Assembly (NCBI GenBank): GCA_965198185.1 | Contig: CBDAOU010000001.1 | Span: forward strand, 302,013 to 366,012 | DNA length: 64,000 nucleotides | Reading direction: 5' to 3' | Source: Chloroflexota bacterium | GTDB lineage: Bacteria; Chloroflexota; UBA11872 | Shown: positions 9,646 through 19,186 of the stretch, piece by piece | Position numbering within the stretch: the stretch's first letter is position 1 | How the letters are laid out: the number at the start of each line of letters is the position of its first letter | Translations under genes and position numbers: made by a program | The notes under the pieces: model-generated | Databases searched by the model: none | Seen by the model: the letters and a program-made list of their open reading frames with translations, nothing else | What the model was told of the DNA's origin: nothing

Positions 9646-10424
9646 CGGCGGAGCTGCGCGCGCAGGTAGGCCAGCGCCTGTGGCGCCTGGCGATCGAAGC
9701 TGTCGAACCGCTTCCCGTTGTCTTCGATGCTGATTCGGCCGGTGTAATTCACCGCGGTGAGCGCCCGCAGAAACTCGAGCAGACCAGCATCGGTGGACTG
9801 CGGCGGAGAGCCGGCCAGCGGCGGAACCGGCACGTGGACGTGGCGTAGTCGATCGCGTGCCTCGGACAGGTTGGTCAGAGGCTCCCGCTCGTGTGCCATG
9901 TGCCACCAATCGGCCAGCGCCGCCACGCGGGGACTTCCGGACTCGCGGGCGACCACCGCCGCCTCGAGGACGGTGTTGATCGTGTCGCATTTCTCGCGCC
10001 AGAGCGGCTCGATCACGATGTCCAGGTCGTAGGGCGCGGCGGCATCCGCCGCCAGCGCCAGGAATTCCAGAATCTGGCCCGGTACCCGGTGCCGGTCGAA
10101 GCCCGGCGGCGTGGCCCGGGCCGGTCCGCTGCCGAAGACCACAAGGCGAGCGCCTAGCTCGGCCACGCGTCCCATGGCAGTTTCCAAGTACGCACGCAGC
10201 GCCGGGAGGTCGCGCCGGGGCCCGACAACCGGGTGGTGCGCCGGTACGAAGACATTGAAAGCCTCCGCCGGCAGGCCCACATCCTGGATGCGGCGGCGGA
10301 TGGGCGCGTAGACCGCCTCATCCGCGTCGGGAACCAGGTCCACCACGCGCGGCTCGACATAGGCAAAGCCGGCCTGCCGCACCGCCTCCAGGTCGGCCAA
10401 CGATGCACAACATCCAAGCCGCAT
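9642..10424 (-). CDS. sugar phosphate isomerase/epimerase (xylose-isomerase-like TIM barrel)
   Basis: 260 aa, AP-endonuclease-2/TIM-barrel family features (IEPLWREKCD, HMAHERE). Translationally coupled to the hydrolase. Confidence 0.65.
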   Translation of the reverse strand: MRLGCCASLADLEAVRQAGFAYVEPRVVDLVPDADEAVYAPIRRRIQDVGLPAEAFNVFVPAHHPVVGPRRDLPALRAYLETAMGRVAELGARLVVFGSGPARATPPGFDRHRVPGQILEFLALAADAAAPYDLDIVIEPLWREKCDTINTVLEAAVVARESGSPRVAALADWWHMAHEREPLTNLSEARDRLRHVHVPVPPLAGSPPQSTDAGLLEFLRALTAVNYTGRISIEDNGKRFDSFDRQAPQALAYLRAQLRR

Positions 10425-10513
10425 GTCACCACCGCTTCACGACGTCGGAACGTGGCACGTTCGCAGACGCTAGAGTGCCACGAGCGTCCAGTCGCTGCCG
10501 CCGGAGTTGCCTG

Positions 10514-11212
10514 ATGGCGACCGATCCCGCGTCGGGCCATTCGGAGGACGATGAGCAGCTCGCCGTCACGCAGGCGGACGGCACGCCGACCGGCGTCATC
10601 AAGTCGCGCAGGGCAATTCACACCGACGGCGACTGGCACCTCACTCGAAGTGTTTGGGCGCTGCTGATGAACGCCCCCGCCGGGCCGGCGCTGGTGCTGC
10701 AGCAGCGCGGACCATTCAAGGCCTCGTGGCCCGACCGGCTCGATGCGAGCTCGGCCGGGCACTTGCGCGTCGGCGACCCCGACACGTGGCGCGAGGCGGA
10801 GGAGGAGCTGGGTCGGCGTCCCGGTGCAGGCGAGGTCTTGTCGTTAGGCAAGCGGCAGAGCGGGGGCCGCCTCCCGAACGGACAGATCGACCTCGAGGTC
10901 CAAGAGCTATGGCTATGGCGCTGCCCCTTCGACTTGCTTGACCTTGAGCCGCCTTATCCGGAGGTGGGGGCGTTGCTGGCCGTGGCCCCCGACGCCCTCC
11001 GGCGTCTCGCGTCCGGCGAGGTGCAGCGCATTCCGGCGGTGGTACGGCGGCCCGGCGCGCCCAACGTGGAGGCTGGATACGCCACGGCGGACCAACTGAT
11101 TCCCGGCGAGGAGCCCTACATCAAGCAGGTGTGCGAGATCACGCTGCGCACCCTGGCAGGCCAATCGTGGACGCCGCTGGACGTGGACACGGAATACGAA
11201 CTCGGGCCGTAA
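10514..11212 (+). CDS. NUDIX hydrolase
   Basis: Nudix box-like GHLRVGDPDTWREAEEELG from Met MATDPASGH. The listed ORF start at 10403 is probably too far upstream. Confidence 0.6.
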   Translation: MATDPASGHSEDDEQLAVTQADGTPTGVIKSRRAIHTDGDWHLTRSVWALLMNAPAGPALVLQQRGPFKASWPDRLDASSAGHLRVGDPDTWREAEEELGRRPGAGEVLSLGKRQSGGRLPNGQIDLEVQELWLWRCPFDLLDLEPPYPEVGALLAVAPDALRRLASGEVQRIPAVVRRPGAPNVEAGYATADQLIPGEEPYIKQVCEITLRTLAGQSWTPLDVDTEYELGP

Positions 11213-11260
11213 CCGAACCTCCGCGAGCGAGTGGCACGACCGTCACAAGGAGGCTCGCCG

Positions 11261-11803
11261 TCAGCGGCGCCTGATGACGAGGAATGCGCCGAACGCGATC
11301 AGGATCAGCGGCCACAACCGCCAAGCATCGAATTGCGCGAAGAGCCCCAGTGAATCCAGCAGCGCAAGCACCCCAATGGCAACCAACGCCAGCCCGACGA
11401 TTGCCGGACCGCCCATGCGACGGCCGCGATTGCCGGCCGATCGTCCCGGCGCGTACGGCTGGTACGTCGGCGCGGCGTCAGGGGCTGCCGGCTCGGCATG
11501 CTGTTGCGGCGCGGATTCCGCACCTTCGGGCTCGTCGTCCGGCTGCAGCGTTTGTCCAGCTTCGGCGGGTTCGTCATCCGCTCCAACCGCTCCGGGTTCA
11601 ATCCCCGGCCCGGGGGCGGGGGGCGTGGGCACGACGACCACCATGACGAGGTACGCGATGATGGCGACCCCACCGGTGAAGATGGCGAGCAGCACCCAGA
11701 CCAGGCGCATAAGCGTGGGATCAACGTCGAAATAGTCCGCCATGCCGCCCGACAGTCCGGTGAGCAGCCGGTCGTGCTCGCTGCGATAGAGGCGGCGTTG
11801 CAT
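11261..11803 (-). CDS. PspC-domain membrane protein
   Basis: N-terminal [34 protein letters not shown] is a canonical PspC domain followed by a TM helix. Acidic/Pro-rich linker and C-terminal TM pair. Confidence 0.75.
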   Translation of the reverse strand: MQRRLYRSEHDRLLTGLSGGMADYFDVDPTLMRLVWVLLAIFTGGVAIIAYLVMVVVVPTPPAPGPGIEPGAVGADDEPAEAGQTLQPDDEPEGAESAPQQHAEPAAPDAAPTYQPYAPGRSAGNRGRRMGGPAIVGLALVAIGVLALLDSLGLFAQFDAWRLWPLILIAFGAFLVIRRR

Positions 11804-11860
11804 GACAGGGTCCTCCGCGCGCGTATGCTCCGGAGGTCACTCTAAATCCGGGAGCACTTT

Positions 11861-12685
11861 TTGTCATCGCGCGCCGGCCACACGCCAGATCCCGACGCCG
11901 ATCGCCAGGACCAACTGGCCGACCGCGGCTTGCGGCTTCAGGTGTTTCTGGCGCGGGCGGGGCGCGGGTCGCGTCGGACGATGGAGCAGGCGATCCGCGG
12001 TGGACGGGTGGCCGTCGACGGCGAGGTCGTGACAACGCTCGGTGTGCGGGTTGATCCTCGGCAGCAGGAAGTCCGGCTGGACGGGAAGCCGGTTCAACCC
12101 ACGCAGCGGCCGGGAACGGTCATCGCGCTACACAAGCCGCCACGGGTGCTCACGACCACCCACGATCCCCAGGGGCGCCCGACGGTGCTGCATCTACTGC
12201 CGGGAGCGCTGCGGCGGGAGCGCTTGTATCCCGTCGGCCGGCTCGATTTTGCCTCCGAGGGTCTGGTGCTGATGACCAATGACGGTCAGTTGGCGTTTCA
12301 GCTCATGCATCCGCGCTTCGGCCACGAGCGCGAATACGTCGTGACAGCACGCGGGCCTGAACCGCCCGATCTTGCCCGGCGCCTGACCGAAGGCGTCGAT
12401 ATCGGCGACCGGCGGCCGGCCCGGGCCGTGCGCGCTCGACGAGTAAGCGACGGCTGGCAGCTGGTGCTGACGGAGGGCCGCAAGCGCCAAGTGCGGCGCA
12501 TGTTCGAGGCGCTCGGGATGCGCGTCACCCGGCTGTGCCGCGTGCGCATTGGTTCGGTGGCTCTAGGCGACCTGGCGCCCGGAGAGGCGCGGCAGCTAGA
12601 GGCCGACGAACTGGCGGCGCTGCGGCGAGAGGTGGCGGGAGCTACGGACAGCCGCGACTCAGACGGCTCTGGTCAGCCTCCCTAG
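11861..12685 (+). CDS. pseudouridine synthase, RsuA/RluB family, with S4 domain
   Basis: RLQVFLARAG S4 motif. Catalytic LYPVGRLDFASEGLVLMTNDG. True start may lie downstream of 11861. Confidence 0.8.
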   Translation: MSSRAGHTPDPDADRQDQLADRGLRLQVFLARAGRGSRRTMEQAIRGGRVAVDGEVVTTLGVRVDPRQQEVRLDGKPVQPTQRPGTVIALHKPPRVLTTTHDPQGRPTVLHLLPGALRRERLYPVGRLDFASEGLVLMTNDGQLAFQLMHPRFGHEREYVVTARGPEPPDLARRLTEGVDIGDRRPARAVRARRVSDGWQLVLTEGRKRQVRRMFEALGMRVTRLCRVRIGSVALGDLAPGEARQLEADELAALRREVAGATDSRDSDGSGQPP

Positions 12686-13101
12686 ACGCTCTCCGCCGGG
12701 CGCATGTTGGAGCGGTTGCGCTGGATGAAGGCGGCGATGCCCAGCGCGATCCATGCCGGGAGCGAGAGGACGAGCGGGTAAAGCACGATTCCCACCGGAC
12801 CGAACAGCCCGCCGATCACCGCCCCATAGACCGTCAGGGGCGCCAGCACGGCACCGCACACATAGGCCAACACGCGGACGCGCCGGTGCAGAAAGGTCAC
12901 TGCCAGAGTCAGCGGCAGCGCGGCGATCCAGGTGAAGAGGACCATGAGCGCAATCATCGCGACCGCGTTCGGAATCCCGCCCGCTTCCTCACCCGGGGAC
13001 AGGGTGGCGAAGCGGATGGCCGTGACCACCAGAATCACCAGCGGGAGCCAGAGCGAAAGAACCAAGAGTCGCAGAACGCGTCGGATCGTTGACTGTTGCA
13101 T
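12682..13101 (-). CDS. hypothetical small membrane protein
   Basis: 139 aa with four hydrophobic helices. Convergent with the pseudouridine synthase gene. No family recognised. Confidence 0.4.
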   Translation of the reverse strand: MQQSTIRRVLRLLVLSLWLPLVILVVTAIRFATLSPGEEAGGIPNAVAMIALMVLFTWIAALPLTLAVTFLHRRVRVLAYVCGAVLAPLTVYGAVIGGLFGPVGIVLYPLVLSLPAWIALGIAAFIQRNRSNMRPAESV

Positions 13102-13304
13102 GTGCCCACCAGTGCGCCACGCGTATCGGACATTCTATCCCTCGCCCTGCCCGACCCGACTGTAGCGACCACCACACAAACGCCGACGTTTGGCGAATGA
13201 CCATCCAGCGTCATTGGCGCCGGCAAGCGCGCCCAGGCATGTAGGCTAGGCCGCCGAGCCGCCGGCCGCGCCTTTGCGGCGAGCGTGCAGGACGAGGAGT
13301 CCGC

Positions 13305-14069
13305 GTGGAGACGCAGACGGAGTTCGCCGCGGGTTTGGGGCAGATCATCCTGTTCGACCTGATCTTGAGCGGCGACAACGCCGTGGTGATCGGGGTGGTG
13401 GCAAGCCGGCTGCGGGGGCGGCAGCGGCGACTGGCCATTCTGTTCGGCGCGGGTGGCGCCGTGGTGCTGCGGATAGCGTTCGCGTCCATTGCGACGCTGC
13501 TGCTACAGGTGCCGGTGATCTCGCTGGTCGGCGGGCTGGCGCTGTTCTGGGTGGGCTGGCGCCTGCTTGCTCCCCACGGGGACGACGAGCACCACGAGGC
13601 GGCAACGACCTTTGCCCAAGCGCTGCGGCTGATCATTCTGGCGGACGTGGTGATGAGTCTGGATAACGTCCTGACCGTCGCCGGCGCGGCTCACGGAAAC
13701 ATCTGGCTGCTGGTGATCGGGCTGGCGCTGTCCATCCCGCTGCTGTTCGTGGGCTCGGGCCTGATCGCACTCGCGACCGAGCGGCTGCCGCTGATCATCT
13801 ACGCGGGTAGCGCGCTGATCTTCCGCATCGCGCTGGTCCTGATCATCGACGATCCGGCGCTGCACGAGCGACTGATCGTTGAGGATCGGGAAACACTGAA
13901 CTTCGTCATCGCGCATGTCATACCGTGGCTCGCGGCAATTGCCGGTCCGGCGCTGTACGTGCTGGTGGCGCGGTGGCGGGGACGGCGGGTGCTGCCGATC
14001 TGGGCCGGGTCGTCGGACACGCGCGACGCGGCGGATGAGTCGCCGGGCGCACCGTCGGGCGGGGCGTGA
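13305..14069 (+). CDS. TerC family integral membrane protein
   Basis: LILSGDNAVVIGV and SLDNVLTVAGAAHG duplicated TerC motifs. Confidence 0.8.
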   Translation: METQTEFAAGLGQIILFDLILSGDNAVVIGVVASRLRGRQRRLAILFGAGGAVVLRIAFASIATLLLQVPVISLVGGLALFWVGWRLLAPHGDDEHHEAATTFAQALRLIILADVVMSLDNVLTVAGAAHGNIWLLVIGLALSIPLLFVGSGLIALATERLPLIIYAGSALIFRIALVLIIDDPALHERLIVEDRETLNFVIAHVIPWLAAIAGPALYVLVARWRGRRVLPIWAGSSDTRDAADESPGAPSGGA

Positions 14070-14105
14070 GACTATGGGCCAACACCGTGTGAGGAGGTCC
14101 GATCT

Positions 14106-14489
14106 ATGGCTCAACTGCTGCATACGCGCATTCGCGTCAGCGATCTCGACCGCTCGATTCGGTTTTACGAGGACTACCTAGGCTTCAGCGTCATCAGCCG
14201 GACGGACCGATCGCCCTCCGGGAACCACATCGTGCACCTGGAGCTGCCGGGCAATGCGCACACGATCGAGTTCACCTGGTCCGAGGACTACGATCTTCGC
14301 GTGCCCGAGGACCTGATGCACTTCGCCATCGCCGTGCCCGACCTGATTGCGTTTTGCGACGACCTGGAGCGCCGTGGGATCGAGATCTGGCCCGACGGTT
14401 GGCGGGAGAAGTTTCCGCTGGGGCGGAAGATGGCGTTCATCGACGATCCGGACGGCTACGAAATCGAGCTGCTGGAGCGGGCGGAATGA
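14106..14489 (+). CDS. gloA: glyoxalase I / VOC family lactoylglutathione lyase
   Basis: MAQLLHTRIRVSDLDRSIRFYEDYLGF...HLELPGN...EFT with an MAFIDDPDGYEIELLE C-terminus. Typical small GloA. Confidence 0.75.
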   Translation: MAQLLHTRIRVSDLDRSIRFYEDYLGFSVISRTDRSPSGNHIVHLELPGNAHTIEFTWSEDYDLRVPEDLMHFAIAVPDLIAFCDDLERRGIEIWPDGWREKFPLGRKMAFIDDPDGYEIELLERAE

Positions 14490-15361
14490 GCGAAGCAGGC
14501 ATGACGACGACACCGCTGGAGGACGAGTTCGGCGACGTCATCGGCAAGGCCCGCCGCGGACTCGGTCTGGAGCCCGCGGAGGCTGCACAGCGCGCTGACC
14601 TCGACGAGGCGGTCGTGCGCAGCATGGAGGACTACGAACGCCAACCGACGCGGGCCGAGAGCGACCGCCTGGCGGCGGCGTTGGAGCTACACGCGCCGAG
14701 CCTCTGGGATGTCGCCACGGAGGCGTGGCGACCGCAGGCGCAGCCAGCAACGCTGGACGGCGGCCTAGAGGTGCGCATGATTCCGCATCCGCCAATGCGC
14801 GTGACGATGTACATCGTCGGCGACCCGTCGACCGGCGACGCGCTGGTGGTGGACCCAGGCGCGCTGCCAGACACAGTGCTCGAAACCGTGAGCGAGGCCG
14901 GTTGGCGCGTGACGGCGTATCTGATCACGCATGGCGATGCCGACCACATCGACGCTCTGGCAGCGGTCTACGCACAGGCGCCCGCCCCGGTGTGGGTGCA
15001 TGAGGGCGCGCGGCCCTTGGTGCACGGCGTCAACGACTCGGACCTGAACGTTGTGACCGCCGACGGACCGTTCTCCGTGGGGCCCTTCGCGCTCGAAGCG
15101 CTCGAAACCCCCGGCCACGCGCCCGGCCACACGGCCTATGCGCTGCGCGACGGGGTACTCGTAGGGGACACGGTGTTTGCCGGGTCGATCGGCGGCACGC
15201 GGACGGGCAGCCTCGGCTACGCCGGACAGCTGGCCGCCATCCGCGCCAAGCTGCTGACCCGCGGCGACGACACGAAGTTCTTTCCCGGACACGGCCCCCC
15301 CACGACCGTGGGCGAGGAGAAGCTCCACAACCCGTTCTTGGCTGCCGCGCCGGGCGTGTAG
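14486..15361 (+). CDS. HTH (XRE-like) domain fused to an MBL-fold metallo-hydrolase (glyoxalase-II-like)
   Basis: ATG overlaps the gloA stop (ATGA at 14486-14489). N-terminal LGLEPAEAAQRADLDEAVVRSMEDYERQP is helix-turn-helix-like. Then ITHGDADH (HxHxDH) and a downstream GHAPGH metal ligand. Confidence 0.7.
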   Translation: MSEAGMTTTPLEDEFGDVIGKARRGLGLEPAEAAQRADLDEAVVRSMEDYERQPTRAESDRLAAALELHAPSLWDVATEAWRPQAQPATLDGGLEVRMIPHPPMRVTMYIVGDPSTGDALVVDPGALPDTVLETVSEAGWRVTAYLITHGDADHIDALAAVYAQAPAPVWVHEGARPLVHGVNDSDLNVVTADGPFSVGPFALEALETPGHAPGHTAYALRDGVLVGDTVFAGSIGGTRTGSLGYAGQLAAIRAKLLTRGDDTKFFPGHGPPTTVGEEKLHNPFLAAAPGV

Positions 15362-15431
15362 GCCAATCTGGGCGGATGCGCGACAATAGCGTGGCAGCTT
15401 GCCGCTACGGCGCGCCTTTTAACGGGAATCG

Positions 15432-16187
15432 ATGTTCGTCTACGACATTTCAACCCGACTCGCGTGCTCAACGCTCTTGTTCCGCGCCCAGTCGCTGGAC
15501 CGGGCGCTGGACGGCGTGAAGGCCGCCGGCATCGAACATGTCGATCTATGGGCGGCGCCGACGGTGCTGGCCCACGTGGACCCCGCGGTCGAGAGCGCGG
15601 CGGACGTGCAGGCCGTGCTCGAAGCGCGCGGGCTGCGCGCGTCGTCGGTGACGGCCGTTGCGACCTCCGGCGACACGATGCTTCAGCGAATCAGCTTCGC
15701 CGCCGAGCTCGGCGCGCGCGTGGTCATTGCCACGGCGCCGCGGCGCGACTATGACCGCCGCGAAGCGGCCGACGACGTCCGCGCCTATGGCCGCACGGCG
15801 CAGGAAGCCGGCGTCACCCTCTGTCTGGCGCACCAGGCGGATACCTGGATGGACACGGCCGAGGAAGTCTCCTCGTTCCTGGACGACGTGGGTCATCCCC
15901 GCGTGCAACTGAGTCTGGACCCCGCGCAGGCCGCGCGCGACGGAATCACCTTCAAGGCGCTGGCCGACGCCGCCGGCACCCGAATTGGCCACGTGCACCT
16001 GACCCACGCGGCGGATTCCGGCAGCTCGCACACGCTGGGCGCCATGTTCGACCAGCTCGAAGAGCGCAACTACTACGGCATGTTCACCTTCAGCTGGGAC
16101 GGCACGGACAACCTGCCGCCGGAAGAGGTGGAAGCCACCGTGCGCGAAGCGCGCGCCCACGTGCTGGAGGTCTCCAAGGCCGGGTAG
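15432..16187 (+). CDS. sugar phosphate isomerase/epimerase (TIM barrel)
   Basis: 251 aa. Xylose-isomerase-like TIM-barrel family pattern (IEHVDLW, IGHVHLTHA). Confidence 0.65.
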   Translation: MFVYDISTRLACSTLLFRAQSLDRALDGVKAAGIEHVDLWAAPTVLAHVDPAVESAADVQAVLEARGLRASSVTAVATSGDTMLQRISFAAELGARVVIATAPRRDYDRREAADDVRAYGRTAQEAGVTLCLAHQADTWMDTAEEVSSFLDDVGHPRVQLSLDPAQAARDGITFKALADAAGTRIGHVHLTHAADSGSSHTLGAMFDQLEERNYYGMFTFSWDGTDNLPPEEVEATVREARAHVLEVSKAG

Positions 16188-16216
16188 CGCGGAGGTCAGC
16201 CGCCTACACTGTTCCC

Positions 16217-16507
16217 GTGAACGTGGGAACCCTGGAGCTGGTGCTGCGCATCCACGGCGCGGACTCCCTCAAGGACCGGCGCCGGGTGGTGCGGGCGCTC
16301 ACGGCCCGGCTGCGCAACAGCTTCAACGCGGCCGTCGCCGATCTGGAGCAGGACCCCGAGCCGCACTCGGCGCGCGTGGGCGTGGCCTGCGTCGCCAACG
16401 ACAGCCGCTATCTGGACGGCCAGCTCACCGCCATCGTGAACTTCGTCGAGGCCCTGCACCTGCCGCTGGAAGTGGTGAGCGACGCCCGCGAGATCGTGCG
16501 CCTGTAG
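16217..16507 (+). CDS. DUF503 (YlxP-like) protein
   Basis: 96 aa; LELVLRIHGADSLKDRRRVVRALTARLRNSFNAAVADL matches the DUF503 pattern. Confidence 0.7.
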   Translation: MNVGTLELVLRIHGADSLKDRRRVVRALTARLRNSFNAAVADLEQDPEPHSARVGVACVANDSRYLDGQLTAIVNFVEALHLPLEVVSDAREIVRL

Positions 16508-16600
16508 CCGGAGCCGGGCCTCAGCCGCGCCGCGCCTGCCTCACTGCGTCTGCAATGCACCCATTCTGGTGAGTTCGTCCCAGTCCGTCGTGAGCCGCTG

Positions 16601-16625
16601 CCGTTCGTGGTGAGCCTGTCGAACC
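16601..16625 (-). repeat. 25-bp dispersed repeat copy 1 (reverse complement of the copy at 55515-55539)
   Basis: ccgttcgtggtgagcctgtcgaacc is the exact reverse complement of ggttcgacaggctcaccacgaacgg. Each copy seeds a spurious ORF starting MVSLSNHE/R. Embedded in a longer GC hairpin-rich stretch (16580-16760). Confidence 0.8.
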
Positions 16626-17409
16626 ACCGCGAGCACCTTGGCCGGCATCGACCGATCCCCCTCAACCTCGCCTTTCCCACCAGGGGAGATGGGACCGGAT
16701 GCATACGCTCCGCACACCCCGCGCGCCATTCCAGGATCTCCACTCCCCAATCGCCATCTCCCCACGCGCAGTCGCCAACGCTCCGGTACACTGCGCGCCG
16801 AATAGCGGCGAAGGGCTTGGAGTTGCAGCGGTGGCCGTAGTTGCTCATCCGGGAAACCGGCGGAGCGTAGGAGGCATGCCGTTGCCAGTCGAAGCCATTC
16901 TTGGTCTAGTAGCCTTTCTGGGCTTCTTCCTGATGTGGGCTGTAGTTCCGGCCCAAATCCGAAAGCGATAGCCGAACCGGGCACTTCCCCGTAGAAGGCG
17001 CCGCACTGATGCGCGTTGGGCAAAGCTCGCCCAAGCCAGCTCGATGGCACAGAGCCTGGTGGTCGCCCCGCGACTCCAAGCCCCCGCCGCATTCAAAATC
17101 CCCGACGACAAGCCACGCCAGCGGGAATAGAGACGCCGTTCGCAACCCGTCGACAGCCGCACCAGCAATACCTCTGGGATTGACAGCCGCCGACGCATTG
17201 CGCACGCTTTGCGCGTACACCCCCTGCATGCTTCGGCGGCAGGGCGCAAGGCTGCCGCAAGGCAGCCTTAGCTTTTGTGGGGATGATTGACATCCGCACC
17301 AACGTCTACGTAGACGGCTTGAATCTCTACTATCGGGCGTTGCAGGTCACGCCGCCGTCGCTCAGTCCTTGCGTCCGCGCCCGCTCGCGTTCCAGCATCG
17401 ACAGGCGCG

Positions 17410-17727
17410 TCAGCGCACGGCGGTGACGTGCAGCCGAACGCCTTCGTGCCGCTGGATCTGGTTAATGACCTCGAACAGGTTGCGGGCCTGCGGGTTGCCG
17501 TTGGGACCGAACATGCGCATCAGGCTCTTGGACGGTTTGCCGGTCAGGCGTCCCAATTCATCGAACCCGACCGTAGCGTTGATGTAGTCGCGCAGCAGGG
17601 CCTTGCCAACATCCACTTCACCATTCAGCAGCGCCCCTATTCCTTCGTTCAACAGCCCTTCCCGGAACTCTGCGTCGCGCTGCGCGCGGGCCAGCACCGT
17701 CTCCCTGAAGTCGCGCGTGAGCGGCAT
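17410..17727 (-). CDS. putative addiction-module antidote protein (TIGR02684-like HTH)
   Basis: 105 aa. The C-terminal half, LGRLTGKPSKSLMRMFGPNGNPQARNLFEVINQIQRHEGVRL, matches the G-NP...L...L.ALG..L pattern of antidote proteins that partner RelE/ParE-like killer proteins. Confidence 0.55.
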   Translation of the reverse strand: MPLTRDFRETVLARAQRDAEFREGLLNEGIGALLNGEVDVGKALLRDYINATVGFDELGRLTGKPSKSLMRMFGPNGNPQARNLFEVINQIQRHEGVRLHVTAVR

Positions 17728-17730
17728 GTC

Positions 17731-18110
17731 CTAGGTCTCCTCTCGCTTGCGGCGTAGGTAGGCCGCCCAACGATTCTGGGCCGCGGTGATATCCGCCGAC
17801 TGGCGCTGCTTGGTTCCTCCGCCAAGCAGAATGATTACGGTGTCACCATCTCGGCCGAGCAGAGTAGATCCGGTAGCCGAGTCCAGTGTGCATGCGGTAC
17901 TCCAGCACCCCGCCCTCCGCCAGGGGTCCGGACAGCTTTGACTGCGTCGTCGATGCGGACAGAGCGCACGTACAACCCGAACTCCGGGCGGAGTATCCCG
18001 TATGGCGGCGCTCAACGACCAGCCGCACTCCTGGCCGCCACCCGACCGTCGAGTCGATTGAACCAGTCGGCAAACGGGCTGCGGCCCTTGTGACCGATGT
18101 ACTCCCGAGG
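17731..18110 (-). pseudogene. frameshifted RelE/ParE-superfamily addiction-module killer protein
   Basis: The conserved killer C-terminus ([32 protein letters not shown]) is in one minus frame (ORF 17731..18114). The preceding conserved block ([21 protein letters not shown]) is in another minus frame (ORF 17843..18286). At least one frameshift is required, and no intact N-terminus was found. Confidence 0.5.
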
Positions 18111-19186
18111 CCATATCGATGCCACGAGAACCGCCTCAGTTCGCGGTCCCGCGCCCGCTTGGCTACACGTCGAATATGGCTTGTACGAGCCACGTCAAAG
18201 GCCATCCAAGCGACCGGCCGCCGTGCACGTCCCGCTCCGCTTCCAGGATATGCCTGGTCTTCCGACCAGGGCGTCGTCTTCCACACCTATCGACTCAGGA
18301 AATTCACGGCCGACAAGAGGTGACGCCGGCGCTCTATGCCACCGGGATGCCGTACCTTATCGATGAAATGCATCGCCTTCGTCGAGCCGTTCGTGCGGAT
18401 ATCGTGAACAGCAACGGTCACGTGCCGCAGACGCGGGGTTCGAGCCGTAGGAGAACGCTTCGCGCTTTGGCGTCAGCCAAATGTTCGCGGCAGCTATTCG
18501 AGATCGCTCTCGATCGATGAGCAAACTCCCCTTTTGAGCAACTTCGACTCCTTCGCAAACGGAAGCTGGCGTGCAATGCGGAGCCAGATTCTCACGTCGG
18601 CGCTCGAGGAGCCTCATATCCGGACTCAACGACCACCTTGCCGTGCTGCTCAAACGGGCGGGCTTGCATGACCAGGGCGTGGCTATCCCGGGAAACGCCA
18701 GCACTACGTCTTGCGACCACGGCGAGAGTGATGCTGGAAGAAGATTGTTCTCGATGGCATCGACCGGCAGCGCCGACTGTTCGAGGCCGTGCAGCCGCAA
18801 TCAGCTGCCGCTATAGATAGATCTGGGTCATGAGGTCGCAGGTCGACCCATCGCCTGCCGTCCTTGATGACGAGCAAGTCGATGTCGAATTCTCTTCTAC
18901 CGGCCGCAACGGCGAGCGTGGCCCAAGTGAGGCCAGCGCGGCCGGCGGTAGGCGGCGACATCGACCCAAAGAGGCGCAATCGTAGGAGATTTTCTCCGGC
19001 CGATCGAGATTGGCAATTCCACATCATCTGAGGCACGATGCGCGTGATTCTCCTCGCTGATTTCTTTCAGGGTGTCAACTGGGCCTGGTCAATCGCATGC
19101 TTAACAGGCAAATCGGTCTCGACCACGGCTGCAGGCAGGGGCGCGATGCGGCCGTGGTCCTCGGGGATTATGCGCTTCGGCATCTC

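Noticed and set aside
16700-17300. Possible RNase P RNA, tmRNA or SRP RNA in the ORF-free stretch
   Set aside because: By eye I found none of the diagnostic motifs (AGGAAAGUCCGGGCUCC, tmRNA tag frame plus tRNA-like 3' end, or the SRP AGGUCAGGUCCGGAAGGAAGCAGC) on either strand. Needs a covariance-model scan to be sure.
18357-19036. Overlapping minus-strand ORFs (147 aa and 110 aa) as possible integrase or transposase remnants
   Set aside because: No catalytic motifs (tyrosine-recombinase R..H..R..Y, DDE) or family-like blocks recognised. Composition is poor. Kept only as part of the decayed-region finding.
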